Assembly: GCA_019428825.1 (NCBI GenBank)
Contig: JAHYJU010000002.1
Span: 1-41,282 of the forward strand
From: Patescibacteria group bacterium
Lineage (GTDB): Bacteria; Patescibacteriota; WWE3; UBA101185; UBA10185
Reading direction: 5' to 3'
DNA: 41,282 nucleotides
This document shows, piece by piece, positions 25,398 through 34,236 of the stretch (within the stretch, counting starts at the first letter, position 1; the number at the start of each line of letters is the position of its first letter). Position numbers and translations under genes: made by a program. A model generated the notes under the pieces. It was given only the letters and a program-made list of their open reading frames with translations, was not told the origin of the DNA and ran no database searches.

Positions 25398-26942
25398 CTA
25401 CCTTACTTTTGGCGTGTGATAAAGGTCTTTAAACCTTTTACCAAATATCAACATGGTTTGAGCATGTATCCAAGGAAAGAAAGAATAAGTTAGTAAATTA
25501 AGCATTATCAACGGCCCTTCAAGATAAGTTAAAAATCTTCTGAATTTAGACCATTTCTCAGGAGGGGGAACTGAGAATTTTTTTCTAAAATACACTCCTG
25601 GTATCATGAAAACTAGAGTTAGAGTAAGTATCAAACTTGTTATCTTTGGTAAGCTATAAGCAAAACTGGATTGTTTTACATAGGGATTAACCAGTGTAAC
25701 TATTGCAAAACCAAATGTTATCAAAAACACTATATTAACCAACAGAACTCTTTCCTTCATATGCCTTACCATCCATTTGATCTTTTTAGATGTTTTTATC
25801 TCACTTTTTTTTAAAAATCCCTTTACGGAAAGTGGAAAATCTACAACACCCCATCCCCATCTTAAAAGTTGTTTATATAAGCTTTTATAAGAATCAAGAT
25901 AATTTTTACCTTCAACAGCGTCAGCTGAATAAGGAATAAAGTGGGCCCTTCCTTCAAATTCACCATTTCTTGCAAAAAAAGCTCGCCAATAGAATATTGT
26001 GTCATCGGCACCTAGAGAAACATCAAAATAATTTGCGTCAATAAGGGTTTGCAAAGAAACAGAGAAAGCGGAAAAACATTTTCTAACTCCTCCTTTTGAA
26101 ACAGTCCAATCAGAAATTACACCCAAAGTTACTGCATTAGCCTCAAGTCTCATCATCAACGGAACACGCCACAAATTATTATCAAAAAGAGGGACAGCGG
26201 AAGAGTAAAAGTGATTATCTCTTTTATCTGTAGTTAGATACAAATGGGTTAACCTGGATAAATAGTGTGCATGTAAAACATGGTCTGAATCAAGATTACT
26301 AAAAATATAATTTCTTAAATTTTCGTTTTTATTTTTCAACTCCTCTACTGCATGAGATGTACCCCAAGCACGATTAGCACCCCCATCTCCTATCGCCTCT
26401 CCGGGGATTCCTGCAGGATGTATAAAAAACATTAAATCACTGAGATTTTTTTCTCTTTCTCCAACAACATTTCTTATCCTCTCGATAACCTCATTTGAAT
26501 ATTTCTGCTCTACCGTAAAAACTAAACATATTTGAGATATAGGAAAAGATTGGTTTAAAATACTGTCAATTGAATCTTTTAAAACAGCTTTGGGTTCATT
26601 CACAACAGGAATTACAAGAATGTGTCTCACATCTTCCAATGTCGGAGGGAGAGTTTCCTTCTCGGGAAGTGAAAAATAATCAAGTTTTCTACACTCTAAA
26701 TACCAATCAAAGGACATTTCCTCTTGGTATATTCTATACCCTACAAACAAACCCTTGCTGTGGCTGTATGCCATGTAGGTCCAGTAGACCGTAAGGAATG
26801 TAAGCATATAAACAATTGCAGGGGGATACAAAAGACCGAGCCATATAGGTGATGTCAAAAGGCTCCAAGTTAAAACTCCCAGAATTATCTCAAGACTTCT
26901 ATGTACGAGTCTATCGTGCTTTTCTACAAATTTTTGTATCAT
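25398..26942 (-). CDS. membrane-embedded family 2 glycosyltransferase of the processive (QxxRW) type
   Basis: 514 aa. ILVIPVVNEPKAVLKDSIDSILNQSFP is the GT2 N-terminal motif, followed by NLDSDHVL (DxD), GADDTIFYW and QLLRWGWG (QxxRW). TM helices flank the catalytic domain. Confidence 0.78.
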   Translation of the reverse strand: MIQKFVEKHDRLVHRSLEIILGVLTWSLLTSPIWLGLLYPPAIVYMLTFLTVYWTYMAYSHSKGLFVGYRIYQEEMSFDWYLECRKLDYFSLPEKETLPPTLEDVRHILVIPVVNEPKAVLKDSIDSILNQSFPISQICLVFTVEQKYSNEVIERIRNVVGEREKNLSDLMFFIHPAGIPGEAIGDGGANRAWGTSHAVEELKNKNENLRNYIFSNLDSDHVLHAHYLSRLTHLYLTTDKRDNHFYSSAVPLFDNNLWRVPLMMRLEANAVTLGVISDWTVSKGGVRKCFSAFSVSLQTLIDANYFDVSLGADDTIFYWRAFFARNGEFEGRAHFIPYSADAVEGKNYLDSYKSLYKQLLRWGWGVVDFPLSVKGFLKKSEIKTSKKIKWMVRHMKERVLLVNIVFLITFGFAIVTLVNPYVKQSSFAYSLPKITSLILTLTLVFMIPGVYFRKKFSVPPPEKWSKFRRFLTYLEGPLIMLNLLTYSFFPWIHAQTMLIFGKRFKDLYHTPKVR

Positions 26943-27715
26943 AATTTAAAAAGAGAGCAGGTGTTCGCATAAGAACGTTCGGATACTTCTTCAAATGTTT
27001 TTTGTTTTACCTGTGCGACTTTCTCAGCAACGATTTTAACATATTTAGGATAATTAATCTTTCCCCGAAGCGATTGCGGGGGCAACCAAGGAGCATCTGT
27101 TTCCACTAAAAATCTATCTTCCGGAACTTTTTTGACTACATCTAAAAGATTTTCTTTATTAGGGTATGTAATCATGTTTGTAAAGGAAATATAAAATCCG
27201 ATATCCAATACCTTTTTTGCGAAATCCCAATCAGAATCAAAACAATGAACTACACCAATCAAATTGGAGTTCAAATGTTCTTTTAATATTTTTAGTAAGT
27301 GTTCGTCACCATTTCTATTATGAACTATCAAAGGGAGATTATTTTTCTTAGCAAATTCAATTTGTTTTCCAAATAAAATAAATTGTTCTTCCAATGGTCT
27401 GGAATCATCTATGTTAGAAATGTCTATCCCACACTCCCCGACCGCTACTATTTTTTTAGACATATTCAAATTCCCTTCAAGAGAATCCATAAGCTCGGGT
27501 ATGGGTGAGGTTCTGTTTTCGTGAGGATATATCCCTATAGAACAAAAAACTTGAGGATATTTATTTGCTGTCTCAATTGATTTTATATTCTCTTCAACAG
27601 ATGTTCCGATATTGATAAATTTCTCAACACCAAAATCTTTTGCCTCCGCTAATATATCATCCACACTAATATCATATCTTTCATGAGGAAGGTGACAATG
27701 AGAATCTATAAGCAT
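26939..27715 (-). CDS. tatD: TatD-family metal-dependent hydrolase/DNase
   Basis: 258 aa. MLIDSHCHL...GECGID...VHNRN...HCF...ETDAPWL are the TatD metal-ligand motifs. It has an ATGA overlap with the GT2 gene. Confidence 0.9.
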   Translation of the reverse strand: MLIDSHCHLPHERYDISVDDILAEAKDFGVEKFINIGTSVEENIKSIETANKYPQVFCSIGIYPHENRTSPIPELMDSLEGNLNMSKKIVAVGECGIDISNIDDSRPLEEQFILFGKQIEFAKKNNLPLIVHNRNGDEHLLKILKEHLNSNLIGVVHCFDSDWDFAKKVLDIGFYISFTNMITYPNKENLLDVVKKVPEDRFLVETDAPWLPPQSLRGKINYPKYVKIVAEKVAQVKQKTFEEVSERSYANTCSLFKL

Positions 27716-27719
27716 TGTA

Positions 27720-29612
27720 TTACTCTATCAATTTTTTGAACTCATCACCATCTATTGTTTCTTTTTCCAAAAGTTTTGATGCAACCTTATCCATCTTTTC
27801 CCTATTTTCAATTAAAATTCTTTTTGCTTCCTTATAGGATTCGTCGACTATCCCCGAAATTTCAGCATCTATCTTTGCCGACATCTCCTCACTTATGGAT
27901 GCACCTTCCCCAAATTCTTGAGCCAACCAAGAAAATTCACTTCTTGCCTCATAAAATATTGGGCCTAGGGGGCTCATACCATACTCCGTAACCATTTTTC
28001 TGGCAAGTTCTGTGCATCTTTTAATATCCTCGGAAGCTCCTGCTGTGAATTCACTAAAAACTGTGTCTTCAGCGGCTCTACCACCGAGCATGGTGGTAAT
28101 AAGTGAAACTATTCTTGTCTGTGTAAGCTGGTATCTATCTCTTTCAGGAGGTAAATCCGTGTGACCTAAGGTTTGACCTCTGGCTACTATGGATACTCTT
28201 TGTACGGGATCCATGTCTTTTACATTTGCCGCAACTATTGCATGACCTGCCTCATGGTATGCAGTCATTCTTTTTTCCTCTTCGGACTGAAGAGTTCTTC
28301 TTTCAGAACCGATTGTTACCTTCAAAGAAGCTTCATCTAAATCTCTTTCTGTCACTGTTTCTCTATCTTCTCTAGCGGTTAAAATTGCAGCTTCATTCAA
28401 CATATTCTCTATGTCGGCACCGCTAAATCCAACTGTTTTCCTTGCTAATTTTTCAATGTCAACGTCGGGATCTATTGGTTTACCTTTCATGTGTATTTTT
28501 ATTATTTCTTCTCTGTCTTTTAAATCAGGTGGGGGAATTATTATTCTTCTATCAAATCTTCCCGGTCTAACTAAAGCCGAATCAAGCATATCGGGTCTAT
28601 TTGTTGCAGCTAAAACTATAACGTTTGTTCTAACGTCAAATCCGTCCATCTCAGTTAATATTTGATTTAAAGTTTGTTCTCTTTCGTCATGACCCCCACC
28701 GATACCCATTCCCCTCTGTCTTCCAATAGCATCAACTTCGTCTATAAAAATTAAACTGGGTTGTTTTTCCCTTGCCATTGCAAAGAGATCTCTTACACGG
28801 GACGAGCCTACTCCAACCAACATTTCCATAAACTCACTACCTGCTACACTAAAAAATGGAACTTCAGCTTCACCGGCGATTGCTCGGGCTAATAATGTTT
28901 TTCCAACACCCGAAGGTCCTACCAATAAAACTCCTTTTGGTATCCTAGCCCCAAGTTTTCTGTACTTAGCCGGGGATTTCAAAAAATCAACGATTTCCGA
29001 CATTTCTCTTTTTGCCTCTTCACATCCTGCGACGTCATTGAAAGTTATTTTTTGCTGACCTTTTGCAAAAAGTCTGGCACGAGATTTTCCAAATGACATT
29101 ATGTCCCCGCTTTGACCTCTAAGTTGTCTTAAAAAGAAGAACAGTATTAAAAGCGGAAGCCCAAACATTAATATAGGAGAAAGTATTTCGCTGAAGGTTG
29201 CTTGCTGTCTTACTTCTAATTTACCGGCGATTTTTGATCTATCTACTTCATTGTTACTCAATATTTGATCAAAACTTATTGAGTTTTCTTTTTTTGCGTA
29301 AACTCTTGTACCATTCCTTTCCAAAATTTCGATTTTATCGTTTATAACTGTTATATCCTGAACTTTTTCTTCTTCTATTAGCCTTACTGCCTCACCTATA
29401 GATATCTCTTCCTGCGTAAAAGAGGAATCTTGAAACCCTGCAAAGACCAGATATATTGCTAAGAATAGAAATATGTAGAAGAAAATGTTGCTGAAAATAT
29501 TGGGCTTTTTAACTTCTATTACCATTTTGTTAGGTAGTTTTATTTTTTTGGTTTTTCCGTTTTTCTTCTTTTTATTATTTTCTTTTGAGTTTTTTTGTTT
29601 TTTTTCTGCCAT
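27720..29612 (-). CDS. ftsH: ATP-dependent zinc metalloprotease FtsH
   Basis: 630 aa with two TM helices. AAA motifs are [18 protein letters not shown] and [11 protein letters not shown], the SRH is present, and the zinc site is HEAGHA. Confidence 0.97.
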   Translation of the reverse strand: MAEKKQKNSKENNKKKKNGKTKKIKLPNKMVIEVKKPNIFSNIFFYIFLFLAIYLVFAGFQDSSFTQEEISIGEAVRLIEEEKVQDITVINDKIEILERNGTRVYAKKENSISFDQILSNNEVDRSKIAGKLEVRQQATFSEILSPILMFGLPLLILFFFLRQLRGQSGDIMSFGKSRARLFAKGQQKITFNDVAGCEEAKREMSEIVDFLKSPAKYRKLGARIPKGVLLVGPSGVGKTLLARAIAGEAEVPFFSVAGSEFMEMLVGVGSSRVRDLFAMAREKQPSLIFIDEVDAIGRQRGMGIGGGHDEREQTLNQILTEMDGFDVRTNVIVLAATNRPDMLDSALVRPGRFDRRIIIPPPDLKDREEIIKIHMKGKPIDPDVDIEKLARKTVGFSGADIENMLNEAAILTAREDRETVTERDLDEASLKVTIGSERRTLQSEEEKRMTAYHEAGHAIVAANVKDMDPVQRVSIVARGQTLGHTDLPPERDRYQLTQTRIVSLITTMLGGRAAEDTVFSEFTAGASEDIKRCTELARKMVTEYGMSPLGPIFYEARSEFSWLAQEFGEGASISEEMSAKIDAEISGIVDESYKEAKRILIENREKMDKVASKLLEKETIDGDEFKKLIE

Positions 29613-29682
29613 AGCCTAAAGAGTATACCACGAGTCTGAAAAGAATATTTACTATTAATAATAAATATCATAGTATAGCTAT

Positions 29683-30465
29683 ATGGAAAATCTAGAAATA
29701 CAAACTCCTGCAAACGAGGAAAAACTAGTACGTGTGGAACCTGTAAAAGATGAGAATGGAAATGAAATAGGATTACCTTATACAGTAGATGGAAACAGAA
29801 TTTTCGACGTACCCATAAGAAATATCAATAACTCTGAGGGGGATTTTCTTGTCCCATACACTCCCGAACACCTTACATACACCTTAGAACAAATTAGAGG
29901 AAAATTTCCCACTAAGGAATTGGAAGAAGAATGGGTTGCAAGTTTGATAGAGGCTTACAACCGAAGCGTGGAAAGTTATCACAGTCCCATATTGAAAAAT
30001 GGTAGCATAATATTTAGTCAAGGATATTATTATAATCCTGATGGATCTACACAATACGGTGGAGAAGCGTTGAGTCATACACTTATTTATCAACCACTTC
30101 CAGGAGAATTTCATGCGTTCAATGTATCGGGTACTCTAGGGTTAAAAGTGAGAAGATTATTTGAACAAGGATTATTGACTAAAGATGTTATAGATTTTTT
30201 CATAAATCAACCAAATTCTGAAATCAGAACAATGGGTTTACATGAGCTTTGTCATAAGTTAGGCACCGAATACCATGATGGTACTTTGAGTATGGAATTC
30301 CCATATGAAAATAATGTGAATGAAATAGAGAAAAAATTTAAACTTCAAAGTAATCATACAGTTCATATAGAAATACTTAAAACAATTAAAGATGCCTTAA
30401 GAAAGAGTGGAAGAATTCAGAAAGAAAGTGACCCAGAAATCGAAGCCTCTTACAAGAAAATTTAA
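29683..30465 (+). CDS. hypothetical protein with an HExxH motif (possible metallopeptidase)
   Basis: 260 aa with no TM segment. The only recognisable feature is MGLHELCHKLGTEYHDG. Confidence 0.45.
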   Translation: MENLEIQTPANEEKLVRVEPVKDENGNEIGLPYTVDGNRIFDVPIRNINNSEGDFLVPYTPEHLTYTLEQIRGKFPTKELEEEWVASLIEAYNRSVESYHSPILKNGSIIFSQGYYYNPDGSTQYGGEALSHTLIYQPLPGEFHAFNVSGTLGLKVRRLFEQGLLTKDVIDFFINQPNSEIRTMGLHELCHKLGTEYHDGTLSMEFPYENNVNEIEKKFKLQSNHTVHIEILKTIKDALRKSGRIQKESDPEIEASYKKI

Positions 30466-30611
30466 AAAATCCAAAGCTATTTTTTAACCTGCTTAAACTT
30501 TGCTTAACATTTAATCTAAATAGGTCTGATTATATTCAATACAGTCACTTTTCGTTGTTTATTATAAAACTCAGTAACAGAGGAAGATAAGCTAAAAGAA
30601 GCCAGATGATT

Positions 30612-30624
30612 CCAATGGGTGGAC
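30612..30624 (-). repeat. duplicated 3'-end fragment of the adjacent tRNA-Met gene
   Basis: CCAATGGGTGGAC at 30612-30624 is identical to 30741-30753 inside the tRNA. Similarity extends into the flank (GATGATT versus GATGGTG). The offset is 129 bp. Confidence 0.7.
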
Positions 30625-30735
30625 GGGGTCCAAGTAAAAAATTTAGGAAAAAACTTATACTTTTAAAAACAATTTGCCGATCTTAAATTTTCTTAGGGCT
30701 GATCACCATCTCGGCGTAGCCTTGGCGAAGACGGA

Positions 30736-30811
30736 TGGTGCCAATGGGTGGACTTGAACCACCGACCTAGCGCTTATGAAACGCCCGCTCTGACCCCTGA
30801 GCTACATTGGC
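30736..30811 (-). tRNA. tRNA-Met (anticodon CAU; elongator type, or possibly tRNA-Ile2 if lysidine-modified), CCA encoded
   Basis: The reverse complement folds as GCCAATG TA GCTC AGGGGTCA GAGC G GGCGT TTCATAA GCGCT AGGTC GGTGG TTCAAGT CCACC CATTGGC ACCA. The cloverleaf is complete and G1-C72 is paired. Confidence 0.9.
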
Positions 30812-30858
30812 AAATATACTTAGTGTCTACAATGTGATTATATCAAAAGAATAATAAA

Positions 30859-31353
30859 TCAAAAAAGTGAGGGTTTTGGTAAAGTACTACTCTCATATAT
30901 TTTGTATTCCCATTCAACTGGATTTGATTTTTTATCGATAAAAAAACATACTTCTTGAGATATATCCATAGCAAGGGGAGAAATTACCATGCATTCACTG
31001 TTTTGAATCTTTAACAATTCAGGCGGTTCAACTTGATAATATTCTCTATTGAGACCTTGATTTTCAACAAGCTCTATCGTAATAAAACCATCATCAACAG
31101 AAACAACTTTATATCTATTATTCGGAATACTAGAAATAGGATAACCTTCCTGACTGATAAATTCTGTCTGACTAATATAATCTTCTTGTTGATGTGTTAA
31201 ATAAAAAGTTTCCCCAACATTCGGAATTTTACCTGAAAAAATTACAATTCCAGATGATATCTCACTTTTATTCTTCAACCAGAATAGCAGTAAAGCCACA
31301 AGAAAAAAGGATAATAAAAGCACTGATAACCTGAGTAACATTTTCTTTCTCAT
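30859..31353 (-). CDS. hypothetical membrane-anchored/secreted protein
   Basis: 164 aa. The N-terminal signal-anchor is MRKKMLLRLSVLLLSFFLVALLLFWL. No recognisable domain. It sits between two tRNA genes. Confidence 0.55.
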   Translation of the reverse strand: MRKKMLLRLSVLLLSFFLVALLLFWLKNKSEISSGIVIFSGKIPNVGETFYLTHQQEDYISQTEFISQEGYPISSIPNNRYKVVSVDDGFITIELVENQGLNREYYQVEPPELLKIQNSECMVISPLAMDISQEVCFFIDKKSNPVEWEYKIYESSTLPKPSLF

Positions 31354-31494
31354 AAAACTAACTAAGATTATATCACTTATTTTTTGAAGAAAATAAAGAA
31401 ATTAATAATATTTTGAGAGGAAATTTTCTTTGGCCCGCCAGGCGTAGCTCGAAGAGCGAAGACTGGCCTTGCCAACCGAAGCTTTAGCGTAAGT

Positions 31495-31568
31495 TGGTTG
31501 CGGGACCTGGACTCGAACCAGGACCCCCGGATTATGAGCCCGGTGAGGTGCCATTCCTCCATCCCGCG
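31495..31568 (-). tRNA. initiator-like tRNA-Met (anticodon CAU, C1-A72 mismatch), CCA encoded
   Basis: The reverse complement folds as CGCGGGA TG GAGG AATGGCA CCTC A CCGGG CTCATAA TCCGG GGGT CCTGG TTCGAGT CCAGG TCCCGCA ACCA. It closely parallels E. coli tRNA-fMet (CGCGGGG...CTCATAA...CCCCGCAACCA). The unpaired 1-72 position is the bacterial initiator hallmark. The anticodon stem has G29-C41, G30-C40 and G31-U39. Confidence 0.85.
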
Positions 31569-31624
31569 TCGTTTTCAAATACGTCTGTTAATCTAACAGA
31601 TAATGTATTCTAAGTCAAAAATGC

Positions 31625-32008
31625 TTAATTATCAAAAAAAAGCCTGTACCATGAATACCAATTACTATCTTTTTTATCATCTTCGTAATTAAAATCAGAT
31701 TCCGAAAGAACATTTTCAGAAGAACTTTCTCCTCCCATCACAACATAAACTTTCTCCCCCGGCTTTATTAAATTCAACTCATTTCTGGCCTTCTCCTCAA
31801 CATATTCATCTGTCTTTTTGTAAGTTATCTCCTTTTCAATTTCCGATTTCTTTTGCTCTAATAATTCAACTTCTTCTTTTAACTCATCCAACCTATCCTC
31901 GCTTTCTAAAACATCAAAGGTGGACTTAATAAAACTTACCGATAGTATGATAAAAAATATTGCTCCCAGTAAATACTTGTACTTATTCATTTTGGACATT
32001 AAACCCAT
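31625..32008 (-). CDS. septum formation initiator family protein (FtsB/DivIC-like)
   Basis: The track start at 32035 is TTG. In-frame ATGs lie at 32008, 31999 and 31990. The protein has one TM helix, then a coiled coil (EDRLDELKEEVELLEQKKSEIEKEI) and the family-typical EEKARNELNLIKPGEKVYVV. Confidence 0.7.
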   Translation of the reverse strand: MGLMSKMNKYKYLLGAIFFIILSVSFIKSTFDVLESEDRLDELKEEVELLEQKKSEIEKEITYKKTDEYVEEKARNELNLIKPGEKVYVVMGGESSSENVLSESDFNYEDDKKDSNWYSWYRLFFDN

Positions 32009-32128
32009 GATAGTGAATAAATTGACAGTTTTCAATCCCTTTGATATTATAAGCCCATAGGATTTATTTGTTTTAATTTTCTGTTATAATGTGCCCCGTT
32101 CGAAAGTAATTCTGCTTAAAAAATTATT

Positions 32129-33004
32129 ATGAAATTAGAAACAGCTCACAAAAAATTTATAGAAAAATTAAGATCCGAAGGAAAATCGAAAGCCACGGTA
32201 GTTGCTTATAATAAAGATATTGAACAGATACGTGAATTTTTATCTGAAAAAAATATTACTGATGTTGAAGGTATGAAGATTGAACACCTCACATCTTTTA
32301 TGAAAAGCTTGGAGGAAAAAAATTACACTCCTAAGTCTATTTCTAGAAAAACAAATGCTACAAGAACTTTTATTAAATATTTGGCAGGAGAAGGTTATCT
32401 TAAAGAAGACATATCTTCTCAATTAAAACATCCTAAGTTTGAGATGGGGGCTCCTAGGATTTTATCTAAAATGGAGTATAGAGCTTTAAGAGATTCTGCA
32501 AAAGATGATGTAAGAAGTTATGCAATGATAGAGACACTTCTACAGACTGGCATTACTATTTCCGAACTAGCAGGAATTAGCATGGAAGATATTGATATAA
32601 AAGGAGAAACAGGTACTTTGTTTATTCCTAAAAGAAATAATAAAGATGCAAGAAATGTTCCTTTAAATAAAGCGGTTGTTGAAGCGATTACAAAATACAT
32701 AGAAAAAGGAAGGCCTGATGTAAAAGGTTCTTCTAATGATCTTTTTATTACAAAAACAGGAAGGTCTCTTTTGATAAGAAATATTAGATCTACTATTGAT
32801 AGGTTTTTTAGGATAGCAGGAGTTGAAAATGCAAAAGTAAATGACTTAAGACATACTTTTGTAGCCCATCATTTACAAAATGGGGTTAATATTTCTTATT
32901 TAGCAAAAGTATCAGGACATAAAAGAGAATCTACTACGGAAAAATATCTTGAATATATTGAGAAACCGGAGAAGATGGAAAAAACTGAGCTGTCTGTTTT
33001 ATAA
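32129..33004 (+). CDS. Xer-like tyrosine recombinase/integrase with a non-canonical active site
   Basis: 291 aa. The N-terminal SAM-like domain is followed by a catalytic domain that aligns with XerD: QTGITISEL (versus ATGLRVSEL), NKDARNVPL, NDLRHTFVAHHL (versus HVLRHAFATHLL) and SGHKRESTTEKYLEY (GH...Y). Confidence 0.85.
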   Translation: MKLETAHKKFIEKLRSEGKSKATVVAYNKDIEQIREFLSEKNITDVEGMKIEHLTSFMKSLEEKNYTPKSISRKTNATRTFIKYLAGEGYLKEDISSQLKHPKFEMGAPRILSKMEYRALRDSAKDDVRSYAMIETLLQTGITISELAGISMEDIDIKGETGTLFIPKRNNKDARNVPLNKAVVEAITKYIEKGRPDVKGSSNDLFITKTGRSLLIRNIRSTIDRFFRIAGVENAKVNDLRHTFVAHHLQNGVNISYLAKVSGHKRESTTEKYLEYIEKPEKMEKTELSVL

Positions 33005-33032
33005 ACAAACTTCTATTTAGATTTAACTAGGG

Positions 33033-33060
33033 AAACGACCTTTACAGGTCGTTTTTCATT
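33033..33060 (+). terminator. intrinsic terminator after the recombinase gene
   Basis: AAACGACC (33033-33040), TTTACA, GGTCGTTT (33047-33054), followed by TTCATTTTT. Confidence 0.6.
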
Positions 33061-33062
33061 TT

Positions 33063-33184
33063 TAAACAACAATCTTATGCAAAACATAAGAAACTATCGC
33101 CAAAACAACCGAGAAAAGCATAGCTGTCCAAAATGTATCAACAGTAAAATCAGGTATAAGTATCGATGCAAATAAAACTATTAT
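33063..33184 (-). pseudogene. orphan copy of the 3' end (last ~40 codons) of the holin-4_2-like gene
   Basis: 122 bp that are about 95% identical (about 6 mismatches by eye) to 34238-34359. On the minus strand it reads IIVLFASILIPDFTVDTFWTAMLFSVVLAIVSYVLHKIVV*, but it has no start codon or N-terminal part. Confidence 0.75.
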
Positions 33185-33196
33185 AAGTTAGTAATT

Positions 33197-34195
33197 CTAA
33201 TTGCCCTCTTCTATACCAAGTCTATTATCCAAAAAGGTAATAATATTCTCTAGGCCTGGTTTTATCTTGCTATCTCTAGCCTCCACAAGAAGTTTTTTCG
33301 TTTCTTTAATCTGACTTGCAACCATTTCTAGATAACCGGATGTATCAAACCTGGAATACCACTTTGACCAAGCAGAGTTAGTGTCTGAATTGATAACTAT
33401 TCCTGAAGTGTCATAACCTTCTGCATTTAAAACTTGGTCAAACGCCTTATCCTCAAATTTATCTTTTAACTTGTAGGATAAAGTTGCACCATCATTATCT
33501 TTTTCCATTTCGTAAAGGTTTTTTAAAAAAATCGGATTTACATCAATATCCATAAGAAATGACGGCCTATTCATCACATCATAAAATACTCCCTCACCGC
33601 CAGCAGAAGTAGAATTATCTGACAACTCAAATGTAATTGGGCCTAATTTTTCGTGTATTAAAGTAGTACGCACAATATCTTGGCTTCTAAATTCCTCTTC
33701 TCCGCCATAATCATAAATAATAATATAGCTATCACCAACAGGATCATATTTAACGATATCTTCCAGACCATACTTTTGAACAATTGTTGTAAACACTTCT
33801 TTGTTTAATTCTTGATCCGGAGTAGCAAGAGCTTCCATACCTTTACTAACTTTTCTTTCTGCTTCTTTTTCTAATTGCAACGCTGCATCCTTACCCTCAT
33901 ATGCTTCTGTATATGCCAACTCCTCTGCTAACTTTGGGTCTTTAATAAAACCCTCCTCACCCTCTCTATAATCTATTTCTTCTGCTCCCTTTTTTGAAAA
34001 CTTCTCTAATATTAAGGCTGCATTTTTTCCCCCAGTTTTCTCTAAATACGCTAACCTCTCTGCTAACCTTGGGTCCTGAATACGCTTATCACCCTTCTCT
34101 GCAAGTACTTTGTTGATATCTGTCTCTCTAACATAGATGCTATCAACCGACTCTATGTTTTTATCATTATTATTTTCTGGAATAGGTTCATTCAT
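33197..34195 (-). CDS. hypothetical acidic protein with an internal tandem ~45-aa repeat
   Basis: 332 aa with no TM segment. The repeat is DPRLAERLAYLEKTGGKNAALILEKFSKKGAEE / DPKLAEELAYTEAYEGKDAALQLEKEAERK. No domain recognised. The gene is bracketed by the 122-bp direct repeat. Confidence 0.6.
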   Translation of the reverse strand: MNEPIPENNNDKNIESVDSIYVRETDINKVLAEKGDKRIQDPRLAERLAYLEKTGGKNAALILEKFSKKGAEEIDYREGEEGFIKDPKLAEELAYTEAYEGKDAALQLEKEAERKVSKGMEALATPDQELNKEVFTTIVQKYGLEDIVKYDPVGDSYIIIYDYGGEEEFRSQDIVRTTLIHEKLGPITFELSDNSTSAGGEGVFYDVMNRPSFLMDIDVNPIFLKNLYEMEKDNDGATLSYKLKDKFEDKAFDQVLNAEGYDTSGIVINSDTNSAWSKWYSRFDTSGYLEMVASQIKETKKLLVEARDSKIKPGLENIITFLDNRLGIEEGN

Positions 34196-34236
34196 AGGAA
34201 AATTGTAAATGATATAAATTTTAAAGTAAAGGAAAA

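Noticed and set aside
31377-31562. 61-aa minus-strand ORF
   Set aside because: It is almost entirely the initiator tRNA gene and its structured trailer read as protein. The tRNA cloverleaf explains the sequence.
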